In this document: positions 8,872 to 18,469 of the stretch, piece by piece | How the letters are laid out: every line of letters begins with the position of its first letter | Numbering within the stretch: the stretch's first letter is position 1 | Assembly: GCA_034530615.2 (NCBI GenBank) | Contig: JAVRCV020000030.1 | Coordinates: 8,858-72,857, forward strand | Direction of reading: 5' to 3' | DNA: 64,000 nt | Source: Aulosira sp. ZfuVER01 | GTDB taxonomy: Bacteria; Cyanobacteriota; Cyanobacteriia; Cyanobacteriales; Nostocaceae | The notes under the pieces: generated by a model | Database searches by the model: none | Told to the model about the DNA's origin: nothing | What the model saw: only the letters and a program-made list of their open reading frames with translations | Position numbers and translations under genes: made by a program

Positions 8872-11514
8872 ATGGCAAAACAAGAGTTACAAGAGAGAGC
8901 CACGTCAATCTTTGGTACTTCAACAAATTTGACAATTGAGCAGTTACTTATAGATGGTGTCCGAAAAAATCCAGGAGCCAGAGCGATCGCGTCTCCTGGT
9001 CGTCTCCCTCTAACATACGCTCGTCTTTACGAACATATCAAAAATATCCGTGCAACCTTAAATGCAATGGGATTGGGGGTAGGCGATCGCGTTGCCATTG
9101 TACTGCCCAATGGCCCAGAGATGGCGGCGGCTTTCTTGTGTGTAGCTGCCTGTGTGACTAGTGCTCCCCTCAATCCTGCTTATAGCGCCGAGCAATTTGA
9201 TTTTTATTTAGGAGATTTGAATGCCAAGGCACTGATTGTGCAATCAGGGAAAGATTCAATAGCAAGAGAAGTTGCCGCAGCGCGTAATATCCCCATTATT
9301 GAACTAGTGCCCAACTTAGAGGCAGAGGCGGGAATCTTTGAACTAGTAGGTGAAACCAACTTACCTCCTGTAGAAAGCAATCAAAGTCGCAATGAAGATA
9401 TTGCTCTGGTTTTGCATACTTCAGGAACCACTGTCCGTCCCAAGATTGTGCCGCTGACACAGGCTAATTTGTATATTGCAGCAGACATTATTAAAAATGC
9501 ACTGGAGTTAACACCAAGTGATTGTTGCTTGAATGTTATGCCCCTGTTCCACGTACAGGGGTTATTTATATCCATCCTTTCCTCTATTGCATCTGGTGGT
9601 AGTGTTGCCTGCGCTCCAGGATTTGATGTTTCGCAGTTTTTTGTCTGGCTGCAAGCAATGCAAGCAACCTGGTATTCAGCAGTCCCGACGATCCATCAAG
9701 CAATTTTAAGTGCTACTGATATCCATCAAACTTTAGATAGCATTCCCAAACTGCGATTTATTCGTTCTGGAGGTGCAGCTCTACCACGCCCAGTCATGAG
9801 AGCCTTAGAAGAATTCTTCCAGGCTCCAGTACTAGAAGGTTATGGCATGACGGAGACGGGCTGTATAATTGGACTCAATCCTTTACCACCTCGTCAGCGG
9901 AAACCTGGTTCTGTAGGAATTGCCACTGGCATGAAATTAGGAATCATGGATGAGACTGGTAATTTACTACAACCTTATGAAGTTGGGGAGATTGTAGTAC
10001 AGGGCGGCCATGTGATGCTCGCTTACGAAAATAATCCTGTAGCTAATCAAAACTCGTTTACGAATGGCTGGTTTAGAACCGGAGATCAAGGCTATCTAGA
10101 TAACGAAGGTTACTTGTTCCTCACAGGCAGGTTGAAGGAACAAATTAATCGTGGTGGTGAGAAAATTGCCCCTAGAGAAATAGATGATGTCATAGTAGAA
10201 CACCCAGCAGTAGACCAAGCAGTAGCCTTTGCAGTACCTCATCCTACCCTCGGTGAGGATTTAGCAGCAGCAATAGTCCTGCGGCCAAACGCTAGTGTGA
10301 CTGACAAAGAAATTCGTGAATTTGTCGCTTCCAAACTGGCTGGTTTTAAAGTACCAAATCAAATAGTATTTGTAGCAGAAATCCCCAAAGGCTCCACAGG
10401 TAAACTCCAGCGTATTGGTTTGGCACAAAAGCTCAAAGAGCAATTGCAGGCGAATTTCCTTGCACCCAGAACTGAGTTAGAAAAGGTATTGGCTCTAATT
10501 TGGGCTGAAGTTCTGAATATAGAGCAGGTAGGAATTTATGATAATTTCTTTGCTTTAGGTGGCGACTCGTTGTTAGCGGTACGCTTGTTCAACAAAATTG
10601 AGCAGAAACTAGGCTACAGCCTACCTCTGTCTACCTTGATTCCCGCACCCACGATTGAGCAATTTGCTGATGTAATTCGTCGTGCAGAATCTTCAGAATC
10701 TAGCTCATCTCTAGTAGCAATTCGTCCAGACGGTTCTCGACCACCGCTATTTTTGATTCATGCAGTTTGGGGTAATGTCCTGATGTATCGGGATTTGGTG
10801 CGTTATTTGCACCCAGATCAACCAGTTTATGCGCTGCAAGCAAAGGGAATTGATGGTCAACAAGCGCCCCTGACTGACTTAAGTGAAATGGCTGCTCACT
10901 ATATTCAAGAAATTCGTCAGGTGCAACCCAATGGCCCCTACTATATTGGTGGCTATTCTTTTGGTGGGATCATCGGCTTTGAAATGGCCCAACAACTCCA
11001 AGCGCAAGGTGAAAAAATTGCACTGCTGGCGATATTTGATGTCTCATCTCCAGGTTATGCTAAACCGATTCCCAACTCAGATGATGCTAGCTTTTTCCAT
11101 CTGCGGAAACTTTTGAGTTTGAATATTAAAGACCAGCTAACTTATTTATGGGAGAGGGTATTTTGGCATTTGCAAATTGGCAAGGTGAGTATGTTTTATC
11201 GGTTTTACCTGCGTTATATTAAACGCTCACTACCAGATCTGCGACTGTTAGAAGTAGCTTTGGCGAATAATAAAGCAGGTAAGAGCTATGTACCTTCAAT
11301 CTATCCCGGTCAAGTGACTTTATTCCGCGCTAGTCAGCAAAATGTTGGGTTAGATGTTGACTTGGAATTAGGCTGGGGTAAGTTAGCGGCTGGCGGGGTG
11401 GAACTCCATCATGTTCCTGGTACTCATGCTTCCCACATCCAAGAACCTAACATACAGGTACTTGCTAAAAAATTCCAAGCTTGTTTAAATCGGGCACAAA
11501 TGAATGTGCTATAG
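8872..11514 (+). CDS. NRPS-like A-T-TE protein, copy 2 (tandem paralogue)
   Basis: Same domain order: LHTSGTTVRPK, PLFHVQGL, FIRSGGAAL, YGMTET, FFALGGDSLLA, GYSFGG, PGTH. Long stretches are near-identical to copy 1. Confidence 0.9.
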   Translation: MAKQELQERATSIFGTSTNLTIEQLLIDGVRKNPGARAIASPGRLPLTYARLYEHIKNIRATLNAMGLGVGDRVAIVLPNGPEMAAAFLCVAACVTSAPLNPAYSAEQFDFYLGDLNAKALIVQSGKDSIAREVAAARNIPIIELVPNLEAEAGIFELVGETNLPPVESNQSRNEDIALVLHTSGTTVRPKIVPLTQANLYIAADIIKNALELTPSDCCLNVMPLFHVQGLFISILSSIASGGSVACAPGFDVSQFFVWLQAMQATWYSAVPTIHQAILSATDIHQTLDSIPKLRFIRSGGAALPRPVMRALEEFFQAPVLEGYGMTETGCIIGLNPLPPRQRKPGSVGIATGMKLGIMDETGNLLQPYEVGEIVVQGGHVMLAYENNPVANQNSFTNGWFRTGDQGYLDNEGYLFLTGRLKEQINRGGEKIAPREIDDVIVEHPAVDQAVAFAVPHPTLGEDLAAAIVLRPNASVTDKEIREFVASKLAGFKVPNQIVFVAEIPKGSTGKLQRIGLAQKLKEQLQANFLAPRTELEKVLALIWAEVLNIEQVGIYDNFFALGGDSLLAVRLFNKIEQKLGYSLPLSTLIPAPTIEQFADVIRRAESSESSSSLVAIRPDGSRPPLFLIHAVWGNVLMYRDLVRYLHPDQPVYALQAKGIDGQQAPLTDLSEMAAHYIQEIRQVQPNGPYYIGGYSFGGIIGFEMAQQLQAQGEKIALLAIFDVSSPGYAKPIPNSDDASFFHLRKLLSLNIKDQLTYLWERVFWHLQIGKVSMFYRFYLRYIKRSLPDLRLLEVALANNKAGKSYVPSIYPGQVTLFRASQQNVGLDVDLELGWGKLAAGGVELHHVPGTHASHIQEPNIQVLAKKFQACLNRAQMNVL

Positions 11515-11636
11515 CCTAGCCGCGAAATGAGCAACAGCATCAATTCAATCTAATAACCAGCTGAAAGTAACCAAATACCCTAAATCTGTAGCCGAATTCT
11601 ACGTTTGCTTTTTTTTGTCAGGGGCACACTACACTA

Positions 11637-12191
11637 TTAACTAACTTCTTGCCATCCATGCATGGGTGCTATGCTTTTAATCGCCCATTCAATCATGATG
11701 GGAGGAGCTTCAGAAATCATGATGCTGGGATAAACTGCTGTACCCCAGTTCGGATGTACTAGCACACGGCATTTATTTTTAATGACTGGGTAATGAAGCA
11801 AAGCTTTAACTACTGCTGTATCGTCATGAGGAACGCTTCCAGGATGGGAAAGTAACGGATAGCCTGTGCGAGGATCTATGAGGTCTGTTAAATAGTTGCG
11901 ATCGCGGAGATTAAATGCCAAATCACAACCAAACCGCATAAACTTTTCTCTTAAGCGTTCTTTCTCAGCTTCAATTACTGCTGTACTTTCATGAAGTTGA
12001 TATCGCGATTGCTGTAAAACAATCGCTACCCATAAAAAAGACTGCTGTTTCCAATCTGGTAATATCCGTTCGCAGTTGGCACAGATATACTGGCTAGGAG
12101 AATGAATGGAAATCTGAATAGCTTGTCCCGTTTTGCCAACCAAATGAATGGGATAGCTTTGCTCCGAAGAGTAAACTTTGGAATAGTTCAC
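11637..12191 (-). CDS. MMADHC/CblD-like protein
   Basis: EKERLREKF, TDLIDPRTGYP and CRVLVHPNWGTAVY resemble the MMADHC C-terminal motifs (DFIDPSSG, CKVIRHSLWGT). GTG start. Confidence 0.8.
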   Translation of the reverse strand: MNYSKVYSSEQSYPIHLVGKTGQAIQISIHSPSQYICANCERILPDWKQQSFLWVAIVLQQSRYQLHESTAVIEAEKERLREKFMRFGCDLAFNLRDRNYLTDLIDPRTGYPLLSHPGSVPHDDTAVVKALLHYPVIKNKCRVLVHPNWGTAVYPSIMISEAPPIMIEWAIKSIAPMHGWQEVS

Positions 12192-12457
12192 TACATTGAT
12201 TCGGTGGTTGCAAGTTTTTAACTTTAATCTTCGGTATTCATAATAACTCTTAAAACTTTATAAAAGTCATCAAATTTTTCTAATGGTTGAGTTATTTTCC
12301 AGATTTGTGGGTGAAGTGTTAAGTTTTAATCAGATTTTTATCTTTTATTAACTTAATTTCCATCAAACTGATTTGTTTGCTGTGAAGCCTCATATCTGAA
12401 AGTACATCCAAAACTACCAGAAGTATCTCCAGAAAATAGTACTCACGGCACAAATTC

Positions 12458-12600
12458 TAGGCTATTACGCATTTAAATTATATATTTCGCGTTTATGTTG
12501 CCAATATTCAAAAGTCCAGAGTCAAAGGCTCACTTGGACTGACTCTTGACCCTGGACATCTCACAAACGAGGATATTTAATCTAGGCGTACATCAGCTTA
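12458..12600. mobile_element. Degenerate MITE-like element
   Basis: Imperfect terminal inverted repeats TAGGCTATTACGC... / ...GCGTACATCAGCTTA enclosing a GTCCAG/CTGGAC hairpin. Confidence 0.3.
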
Positions 12601-12730
12601 TGACTTACTCGACAGCAGTCACATTTCGTCGTTTTATGAAGATAAGAGCGTTAGTATAGTACTCACATAACAAAACCACAAAACTTCTAAGGTGAAGTTA
12701 TGTTTTGTATCTAAATATGTTAAGGCTTGA

Positions 12731-12937
12731 TTAATCTAACTTTAAAGCATTGACTGGAACATCATCCCAAGAATCAACCATCCGCAATTGCGCTACCCAG
12801 CCGGCTGCTTTTTGTGTCTCACTCAAATTATCCTCAAAGGATTCATGACAATCTTTGGCTTGAGACTCGTTACAACTGGCAATACAAGCATGAATCATGC
12901 CTGACGGATCAATTTGCTCGTTTACCCAAATAGTCAT
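12731..12937 (-). CDS. Small conserved cyanobacterial hypothetical protein
   Basis: 68 aa, MTIWVNEQIDPSGMIHACIA...VDSWDDVPVNALKL, recognised as a conserved cyanobacterial small-protein pattern. ATG at 12937. Confidence 0.75.
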   Translation of the reverse strand: MTIWVNEQIDPSGMIHACIASCNESQAKDCHESFEDNLSETQKAAGWVAQLRMVDSWDDVPVNALKLD

Positions 12938-13292
12938 AGAGTTTGCCCTCAACAACTGTAGTGAAAAAAGCGATTTGTCCTTCTAGAATACTATTAAAAC
13001 TCAAAATTGCCGAGTAAATAAAAAATTGGACATTTTGATAAGTTAAGAATCATAAATAGCAGTTCTGATATCATTTCATTTGCAAAACTTAAGATTTGGG
13101 GTGATGTAAAGACTTAGAGAAGAAGGAATGTGGAGAGATTATAATAAGTAAGTGATGCGCCGAAATTAATATTACTTGATGAGAGTACAAACATTTTGCT
13201 ATTAGGGAAAAGATTTAAAGATCATAGAGGACAGGATTTATCCTTGAACTTTTTGCTTTTCCCCAAAAGCAGAGTATTTTTTGATGAATCTA

Positions 13293-13697
13293 TTATGGTT
13301 TTTGGGTGGCGATCGCTAATTTAGCTCCCTGCACCTGACGTAATCGATCCATAACAGCCACTACCTGACCGTGATGAACTTGCGTATCGGCATTAATAAT
13401 TACCAACGCTTCTTGCTTCTCACCCATTAATGTGCGTACTTGCGCTGCTAACACATCGAGATTAACCGATTTGCGGTTTACACTAATTTTTCCAGCTGCA
13501 TCTACTGTGACATTAATTGGCTCACTTGCTGCTTGTTGTTGTGCCGAAGCCGCCTTGGGTAAATTAACTGGTAAGCCTTCAGACCGAGTTAAAAACAGAG
13601 TTGACATGATAAAAAACGTCAATATCGCAAAGATGACATCAATCATCGGCACGATATTAATCTGGGGTGGAATGTCTGGTTCCTCTGGGAGGCGCAT
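13293..13697 (-). CDS. exbD: Biopolymer transport protein ExbD/TolR
   Basis: INIVPMIDVIFAILTFF transmembrane motif with the conserved Asp, plus VNLPKA and IINAD. Overlaps the 3' end of exbB by 41 bp. Confidence 0.92.
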   Translation of the reverse strand: MRLPEEPDIPPQINIVPMIDVIFAILTFFIMSTLFLTRSEGLPVNLPKAASAQQQAASEPINVTVDAAGKISVNRKSVNLDVLAAQVRTLMGEKQEALVIINADTQVHHGQVVAVMDRLRQVQGAKLAIATQKP

Positions 13698-14334
13698 AAG
13701 ATTTTTCTCCTCTTTCATAACGACGGCGGTAGAGTAATTCTAACTGTCCACCATACTCCTGAATCGCAGCTATTTGGCGTTGATAGAGTCCCCGGAAGCT
13801 ATTAGCAAATAAAAGTGTAAAGATAGCAACAACTAATCCTGAGGCTGTAGATACCAAAGCTTCACTAATACCTGCTGTCACGCCTGTTGTTTTTGTACCG
13901 CCGACATCACCGATATTGAGGGAGGCAAAGGAGGCAATTAAGCCTAAGACAGTACCGAGAAGCCCTAATAGGGGTGCTAGTCCGATGATAGTCTCAAATA
14001 TGTTTTGGAAACGCTTGAGTAAAGGGATTTCGGCTTGTGCTTCACTTTCTAATGCTAGGCGAAATTCCTCTGGAGTCGGTTCCTCTAATTCTAAAGCTGC
14101 TAGAAAAATTCGAGACATGGGTAAATCAGTATTTTGCTGCAACTTATCTAAAGCGCCAACTACATTATCTAAGCGATAAAGTTGTAGCACCTCACGCACT
14201 ACGCGATTTTGTCGATTATTTATCTTTACCCAAAATATGACTCGTTCGATAATTAGCGCTACTGCTAATACCGAAAATCCTAGTAGCGGCCACATGACCA
14301 CGCCGCCCGCCGTAAACAAATTTCCCATTTCCAT
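13657..14334 (-). CDS. exbB: MotA/TolQ/ExbB proton channel protein
   Basis: GGVVMWPL, APLLGLLGTVLG and GISEALVSTASGL motifs. Confidence 0.93.
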   Translation of the reverse strand: MEMGNLFTAGGVVMWPLLGFSVLAVALIIERVIFWVKINNRQNRVVREVLQLYRLDNVVGALDKLQQNTDLPMSRIFLAALELEEPTPEEFRLALESEAQAEIPLLKRFQNIFETIIGLAPLLGLLGTVLGLIASFASLNIGDVGGTKTTGVTAGISEALVSTASGLVVAIFTLLFANSFRGLYQRQIAAIQEYGGQLELLYRRRYERGEKSYAPPRGTRHSTPD

Positions 14335-14460
14335 CTATAAGTTTTCCCACTCCTCAACAATGTTAGACTATAGCGCTCTTCTTGGATTTGTGAACTTACT
14401 CGTGGAAGCAGGAAATATTTACGGATGATTTAGGAAATTTTCCATTCCAGTAACGAAGCC

Positions 14461-15183
14461 TCAATGCATTTTCGTAGCAATATCTATGTCATCACTTTTT
14501 AATTGCCCATCTTCCATATAAATAATGCGATCGGCAATATCTAGGATGCGGTTGTCGTGGGTAACTAACAAAATCGTACAGCCTTGTTCTTTAGCTAGCC
14601 TCTGCATTAATTCCACGACATCACGTCCCGATTTTTTATCGAGTGCAGCTGTGGGTTCATCTGCTAAGACAATTTTAGGATGACTGACTAAGGCACGGGC
14701 AATCGCTACTCTTTGCTTTTGTCCCCCTGAGAGGTTTTCTGCGTAATAATTTACACGTTCTCCCAATCCCACAGTTTCCAGCATGGCGATCGCTTTGTTA
14801 TCCAGATCTTGATTGCGATAATGGTCATGTAACTCTAAGGACATCCGTACATTTTCTTTAGCTGTCAAAAAGGTCATGAGGTTATGCGCCTGAAAAATAT
14901 AACCGATCTGACGACGTAGCTTGGTTAACTGCTGTTTTTTAGCACCACAGATTTCTTGCCCGAGAATTTTCAAACTACCAGCTTGAGCCGATCGCAATCC
15001 ACCCATGAGGGTTAACAAGGTGGTTTTTCCCGATCCTGAGGGGCCGGTCATAATTACAATTTCACCAGCTTTAATCTCTAAATTAATATCGAATAATACT
15101 TGTTTTTGTAGCGCACCCTCACCAAAGTAGTGATTGAGGTTACTAATATTAATTACTGGTTCCAAAGTAGATTTCGGTAACAT
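14461..15183 (-). CDS. devA: DevA-family ABC transporter ATP-binding subunit
   Basis: GPSGSGKTT, LSGGQKQRVAIARAL, LADEPT and VTHD motifs. A family member; orthology to the heterocyst devA is not established. Confidence 0.9.
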   Translation of the reverse strand: MLPKSTLEPVINISNLNHYFGEGALQKQVLFDINLEIKAGEIVIMTGPSGSGKTTLLTLMGGLRSAQAGSLKILGQEICGAKKQQLTKLRRQIGYIFQAHNLMTFLTAKENVRMSLELHDHYRNQDLDNKAIAMLETVGLGERVNYYAENLSGGQKQRVAIARALVSHPKIVLADEPTAALDKKSGRDVVELMQRLAKEQGCTILLVTHDNRILDIADRIIYMEDGQLKSDDIDIATKMH

Positions 15184-15245
15184 ATATTTTCACGTTAATG
15201 AACAGATATTTTGTCTCATGCAGAGTCGCAAAGGAACAAAGAAAT

Positions 15246-15277
15246 CCTTCTGCCTCCTGCCCTCAGCCCTCTGCCTT
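15246..15277. repeat. Degenerate heptamer tandem repeat (STRR-like)
   Basis: CCTTCTG-CCTCCTG-CCCTCAG-CCCTCTG array between devC and devA. Confidence 0.55.
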
Positions 15278-15284
15278 ATTTCTT

Positions 15285-16451
15285 TTAAAAAATATCAGCG
15301 GGGTCAGCAGCGCGTAATTTTCGCATAGCGATTACCCCAGAAAAACTACACATTATGACAGTTAAAATAAAGACAGTTATCGCCCTATCTATTTTCATGA
15401 AGATGGGCAGCAATGTGGCAGCGTATGTGAGTTTATATAGCCCCAAGGACAGTAAAAATGATGGTAGAAAACCTAACAATGCTAAAAACAAGGCTTCTTG
15501 CATTAGGACTCCCAGTAAATAGCGATCGCTATAACCCATTGCTTTGAGGGTGGCGTATTCTGGGAGGTGGTCGGAGACATCGGAATAAAGAATTTGGTAG
15601 ACAATCACAATCCCGACAATAAACCCTACTCCTACACCTAATCCGAAAATAAAACCAATACCCGTACCTGTGGCCCAATAAGTTTTTTCAGTTTGGGCAA
15701 ATCCTTCGGGAGTTAGAACTAAGACATCATTGGGTAAACCAGCTGCAAGTTGCGATCGCACTTTTTCAGGGTTTGCACTAGGTTTAAGAGTAATTAAGCC
15801 AACTTCAATGCGATCGGGTTTCCTGTCCGGGAATAGTTGCAGAAAGGTAGAGTCGCTAGTAATGACGTTACCATCAGCAGCGAAGGAAGCACCATTGCTA
15901 AACACGCCTTTGACATTGACGGCTTTACCATTGAGTTCTGTACCAAAGTTGCCTGCTTTTTTAAAGATAGTGCCAACATCTCCATATTCTGGACGACCTG
16001 CTTGGTCAAACAAAACTTGATATAACTGTTTGAGATCATCCTGATGTTGTTGGACTTCGGGAAATAGGAAGGCGGGTTGTGCTGGTTCGACACCCCACAC
16101 CAAGATGGCGCGATCGAGACGTGTTTGGGGGTTTCGCCATTGTCCAGTGCTTATATATACAGAGTTTACTGACTGCACGCCGTCATAACTTAATGTCTGA
16201 TACAACCGTTCACGAGAAAAGCTTTTCACCGAGAATAAAGTTTGAAATTGGGGATTAATTAAAACTAAATCTGCCTTTAAATTACGATGAGGTTGGACAG
16301 CGGCATCAAACAACGCGCTTTCAAAACCTAACTGAATAAACATCAACATATCAGCAAAAGTAATACCTGCCACTGCAACTGCAAGACGGGTTTTTTCTTT
16401 CATTAACTGCCGCCAAGCTAGCGGAGTTTTGCGGAAGAGTTTAGACAACAT
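15285..16451 (-). CDS. devC: DevC-family ABC transporter permease
   Basis: TPLAWRQL, LMFIQLGF, YQILYSDVSDHLPEYATLKAMGY and ADPADIF motifs. Start at ATG 16451. Confidence 0.92.
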   Translation of the reverse strand: MLSKLFRKTPLAWRQLMKEKTRLAVAVAGITFADMLMFIQLGFESALFDAAVQPHRNLKADLVLINPQFQTLFSVKSFSRERLYQTLSYDGVQSVNSVYISTGQWRNPQTRLDRAILVWGVEPAQPAFLFPEVQQHQDDLKQLYQVLFDQAGRPEYGDVGTIFKKAGNFGTELNGKAVNVKGVFSNGASFAADGNVITSDSTFLQLFPDRKPDRIEVGLITLKPSANPEKVRSQLAAGLPNDVLVLTPEGFAQTEKTYWATGTGIGFIFGLGVGVGFIVGIVIVYQILYSDVSDHLPEYATLKAMGYSDRYLLGVLMQEALFLALLGFLPSFLLSLGLYKLTYAATLLPIFMKIDRAITVFILTVIMCSFSGVIAMRKLRAADPADIF

Positions 16452-16478
16452 CGGGAAACAACCCCTGAATAAATTCAC

Positions 16479-16499
16479 TTTATATCGAACATTCGTTAT
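16479..16499. promoter_or_regulatory. Putative TetR operator, copy 2 (devB-devC spacer)
   Basis: TTTATATCGAACATTCGTTAT, an imperfect palindrome 19/21 identical to the site upstream of tetR. Confidence 0.6.
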
Positions 16500-16518
16500 T
16501 CTTTGAGATAAACAAACT

Positions 16519-17805
16519 TTACAGTTCAATGGCTGTCTGTACTTGCAAGTTAGTTAAACCTGCAACTCGCTTGCTATATTCAGGGTTAAGACGAATTTTG
16601 ACTTCAATAACTCGGCTATCGAGGTTTTCTCCTGGTTGGTTGCTAAAAACGTTTTGTCTGTTTACCTGTAAGCCAATCTGGGAAACCTTACCGCGCAGTT
16701 CCCCTGTAAATGCTTGACCAGTAATTACTGCCTTTTGTCCCAGTTTTACTTTGCCAATGTCAGTCTGATAAACTTCTGCTACTGCAATCATCTGGTTAGT
16801 TTGAGCGAAGTCTGCAATCCCCGCATCCCCAATTTTTTCACCAGCGCGGTAATGAATTTTGAGAATTTGCCCTGCTGTTGGTGCTTTGATGTAAGCTGCT
16901 GCTAGGTCGGATTGGGCACGTTTGAGGGAAGCGATCGCATTTTCAACTTCCGTTTGGGCTGCGGCTACATCCACGGGACGAACTTCGGCAATACTATTGA
17001 GTGTGGCTTTGGCTTCGCTGACTTGTTTGTTACTAGTGGTGTTCATGCGATTAAGTGCTACTTTCGCTTCTGCTAGTTGTCTGCTGGCGGTGGTGTTAAT
17101 CCGGTTGAGAACTGCTTTAGCTTCATCTAGTTGTTGTTTGGTGGTTTCTACACTCAAGCGCTTGGTGTCAAATGCAGAATTAGAAATTGCCCCATCTTTA
17201 TATAACTGTTGGTAACGCAGGTATTCAGCTTGGGCGTTGTTGAGTTCTGCGATCAGTTTTTTAATTGTCGCTGCTTGGGCGTTTCTATCTCCTTGCCATT
17301 GTGCCTCTATGCGGGCGATCGCTTCTTGTTGACTTTGGAGATCGCCTTGGGATTGGGCTTGTAAGCGTTCCACAGTTGCTTGCTGTGCCTGAATTTCTCC
17401 CGTTTTCGCCCCCGCTTTCACTTGTGCAAGTTTAGCTTGGGCGACTTGGACTTGTTTTTGCGCTTGGAGTACCGCAGTTTGCAAGCGATCGCGTGAATCT
17501 AAAATTGCGACAACTTGCCCAGCTTTGATGCGATCGCCTTCTTCAACGAGGATTTGGGCAATGCGATCGCCATCTAACGCTAAGGGTGCAGATAACTTAA
17601 TTACCTCGGCTTCTGGTTGCAATCTTCCCAAAGCAGTCACCTTCTGCACAACTGGTGTACTTGGGATTTCCGATGTAGCTGTTCTGCCAACTTGCCCAAA
17701 CTGAGAAATTGCATAAAAAACAATTCCACCTGTAATTGCCGTAGCAGTAATTCCTAAGGCAATTATCCCTTGATTTTTTGGTTTCAATAACAGCCGATGA
17801 CCCAT
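16519..17805 (-). CDS. devB: DevB-family membrane fusion protein
   Basis: VTALGRLQP, long coiled coil, AVAEVYQTDI, DSRVIEVKIRL and LTNLQV motifs. Confidence 0.92.
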   Translation of the reverse strand: MGHRLLLKPKNQGIIALGITATAITGGIVFYAISQFGQVGRTATSEIPSTPVVQKVTALGRLQPEAEVIKLSAPLALDGDRIAQILVEEGDRIKAGQVVAILDSRDRLQTAVLQAQKQVQVAQAKLAQVKAGAKTGEIQAQQATVERLQAQSQGDLQSQQEAIARIEAQWQGDRNAQAATIKKLIAELNNAQAEYLRYQQLYKDGAISNSAFDTKRLSVETTKQQLDEAKAVLNRINTTASRQLAEAKVALNRMNTTSNKQVSEAKATLNSIAEVRPVDVAAAQTEVENAIASLKRAQSDLAAAYIKAPTAGQILKIHYRAGEKIGDAGIADFAQTNQMIAVAEVYQTDIGKVKLGQKAVITGQAFTGELRGKVSQIGLQVNRQNVFSNQPGENLDSRVIEVKIRLNPEYSKRVAGLTNLQVQTAIEL

Positions 17806-17858
17806 TTTTCCCCGCTTTTAAGATTTAAGTTATGCATGGACAACGTAACTGCTGGTGG

Positions 17859-18458
17859 CTAATTTTTACGATTAGCCAGTTCGCGATCAACTGATTGCTG
17901 CAAATATGCCATTAGCATTTTTGCCAACAAGGCACATTGTTCAGGAAAAGAAATCGTTTCATTCCCCCATAATTTTTCCAAAATTAAACCATTGACGAAA
18001 CTTAATACAAAGGAAGCTAAAACCGGATCTTCAACGCCTAAAAAATCACAAGCTGCTTGCTGATATCGCTGATTAGCCCGCTTTAAAACACCACTTACTT
18101 TTATTTGTTCAGAGTCTTGATGCTGAGAAAAATCAACCCAGATGCAAGTCCACTTAATAAAGTAATCTTCGTTTTTTACTAAGTATCTTGCTAATGCTGC
18201 CATTGCCTCTGGTAGCGGTTTTCTTCCTCCTAATTCTGCTAATGCCATCGCCACATCTTGCTGGCTAATTTCTTCTAGGAATTGCTCAAATAAAGCTTGT
18301 TTACTGGGAAAGTAATGATACAGCGTCCCAGTTGAAACTCCTAAGCCTTGAGCAATTTCCCTCATAGTGATGGCACTGTAGCCTTTTTGGGCAAATAAGT
18401 CGAAGCACTTGCCGAGCAGTTCTTTACGGTATTGTTCGTGGTCAACAATCTTGGGCAT
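17859..18458 (-). CDS. TetR/AcrR-family transcriptional regulator
   Basis: MPKIVDH start and HTH TMREIAQGLGVSTGTLYHYFPSK. First gene of the devBCA-like operon. Confidence 0.95.
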   Translation of the reverse strand: MPKIVDHEQYRKELLGKCFDLFAQKGYSAITMREIAQGLGVSTGTLYHYFPSKQALFEQFLEEISQQDVAMALAELGGRKPLPEAMAALARYLVKNEDYFIKWTCIWVDFSQHQDSEQIKVSGVLKRANQRYQQAACDFLGVEDPVLASFVLSFVNGLILEKLWGNETISFPEQCALLAKMLMAYLQQSVDRELANRKN

Positions 18459-18469
18459 AACTTAGACTA

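Noticed and set aside
12192..12730. Cobalamin riboswitch upstream of the CblD-like gene
   Set aside because: No B12-box or conserved core was recognisable by eye; an Infernal scan is needed to exclude it.
14461..17805. Identification as the heterocyst glycolipid exporter devBCA itself
   Set aside because: Nostocales carry many paralogues. This one is TetR-linked and has no hgl genes nearby, so it is called only at family level.
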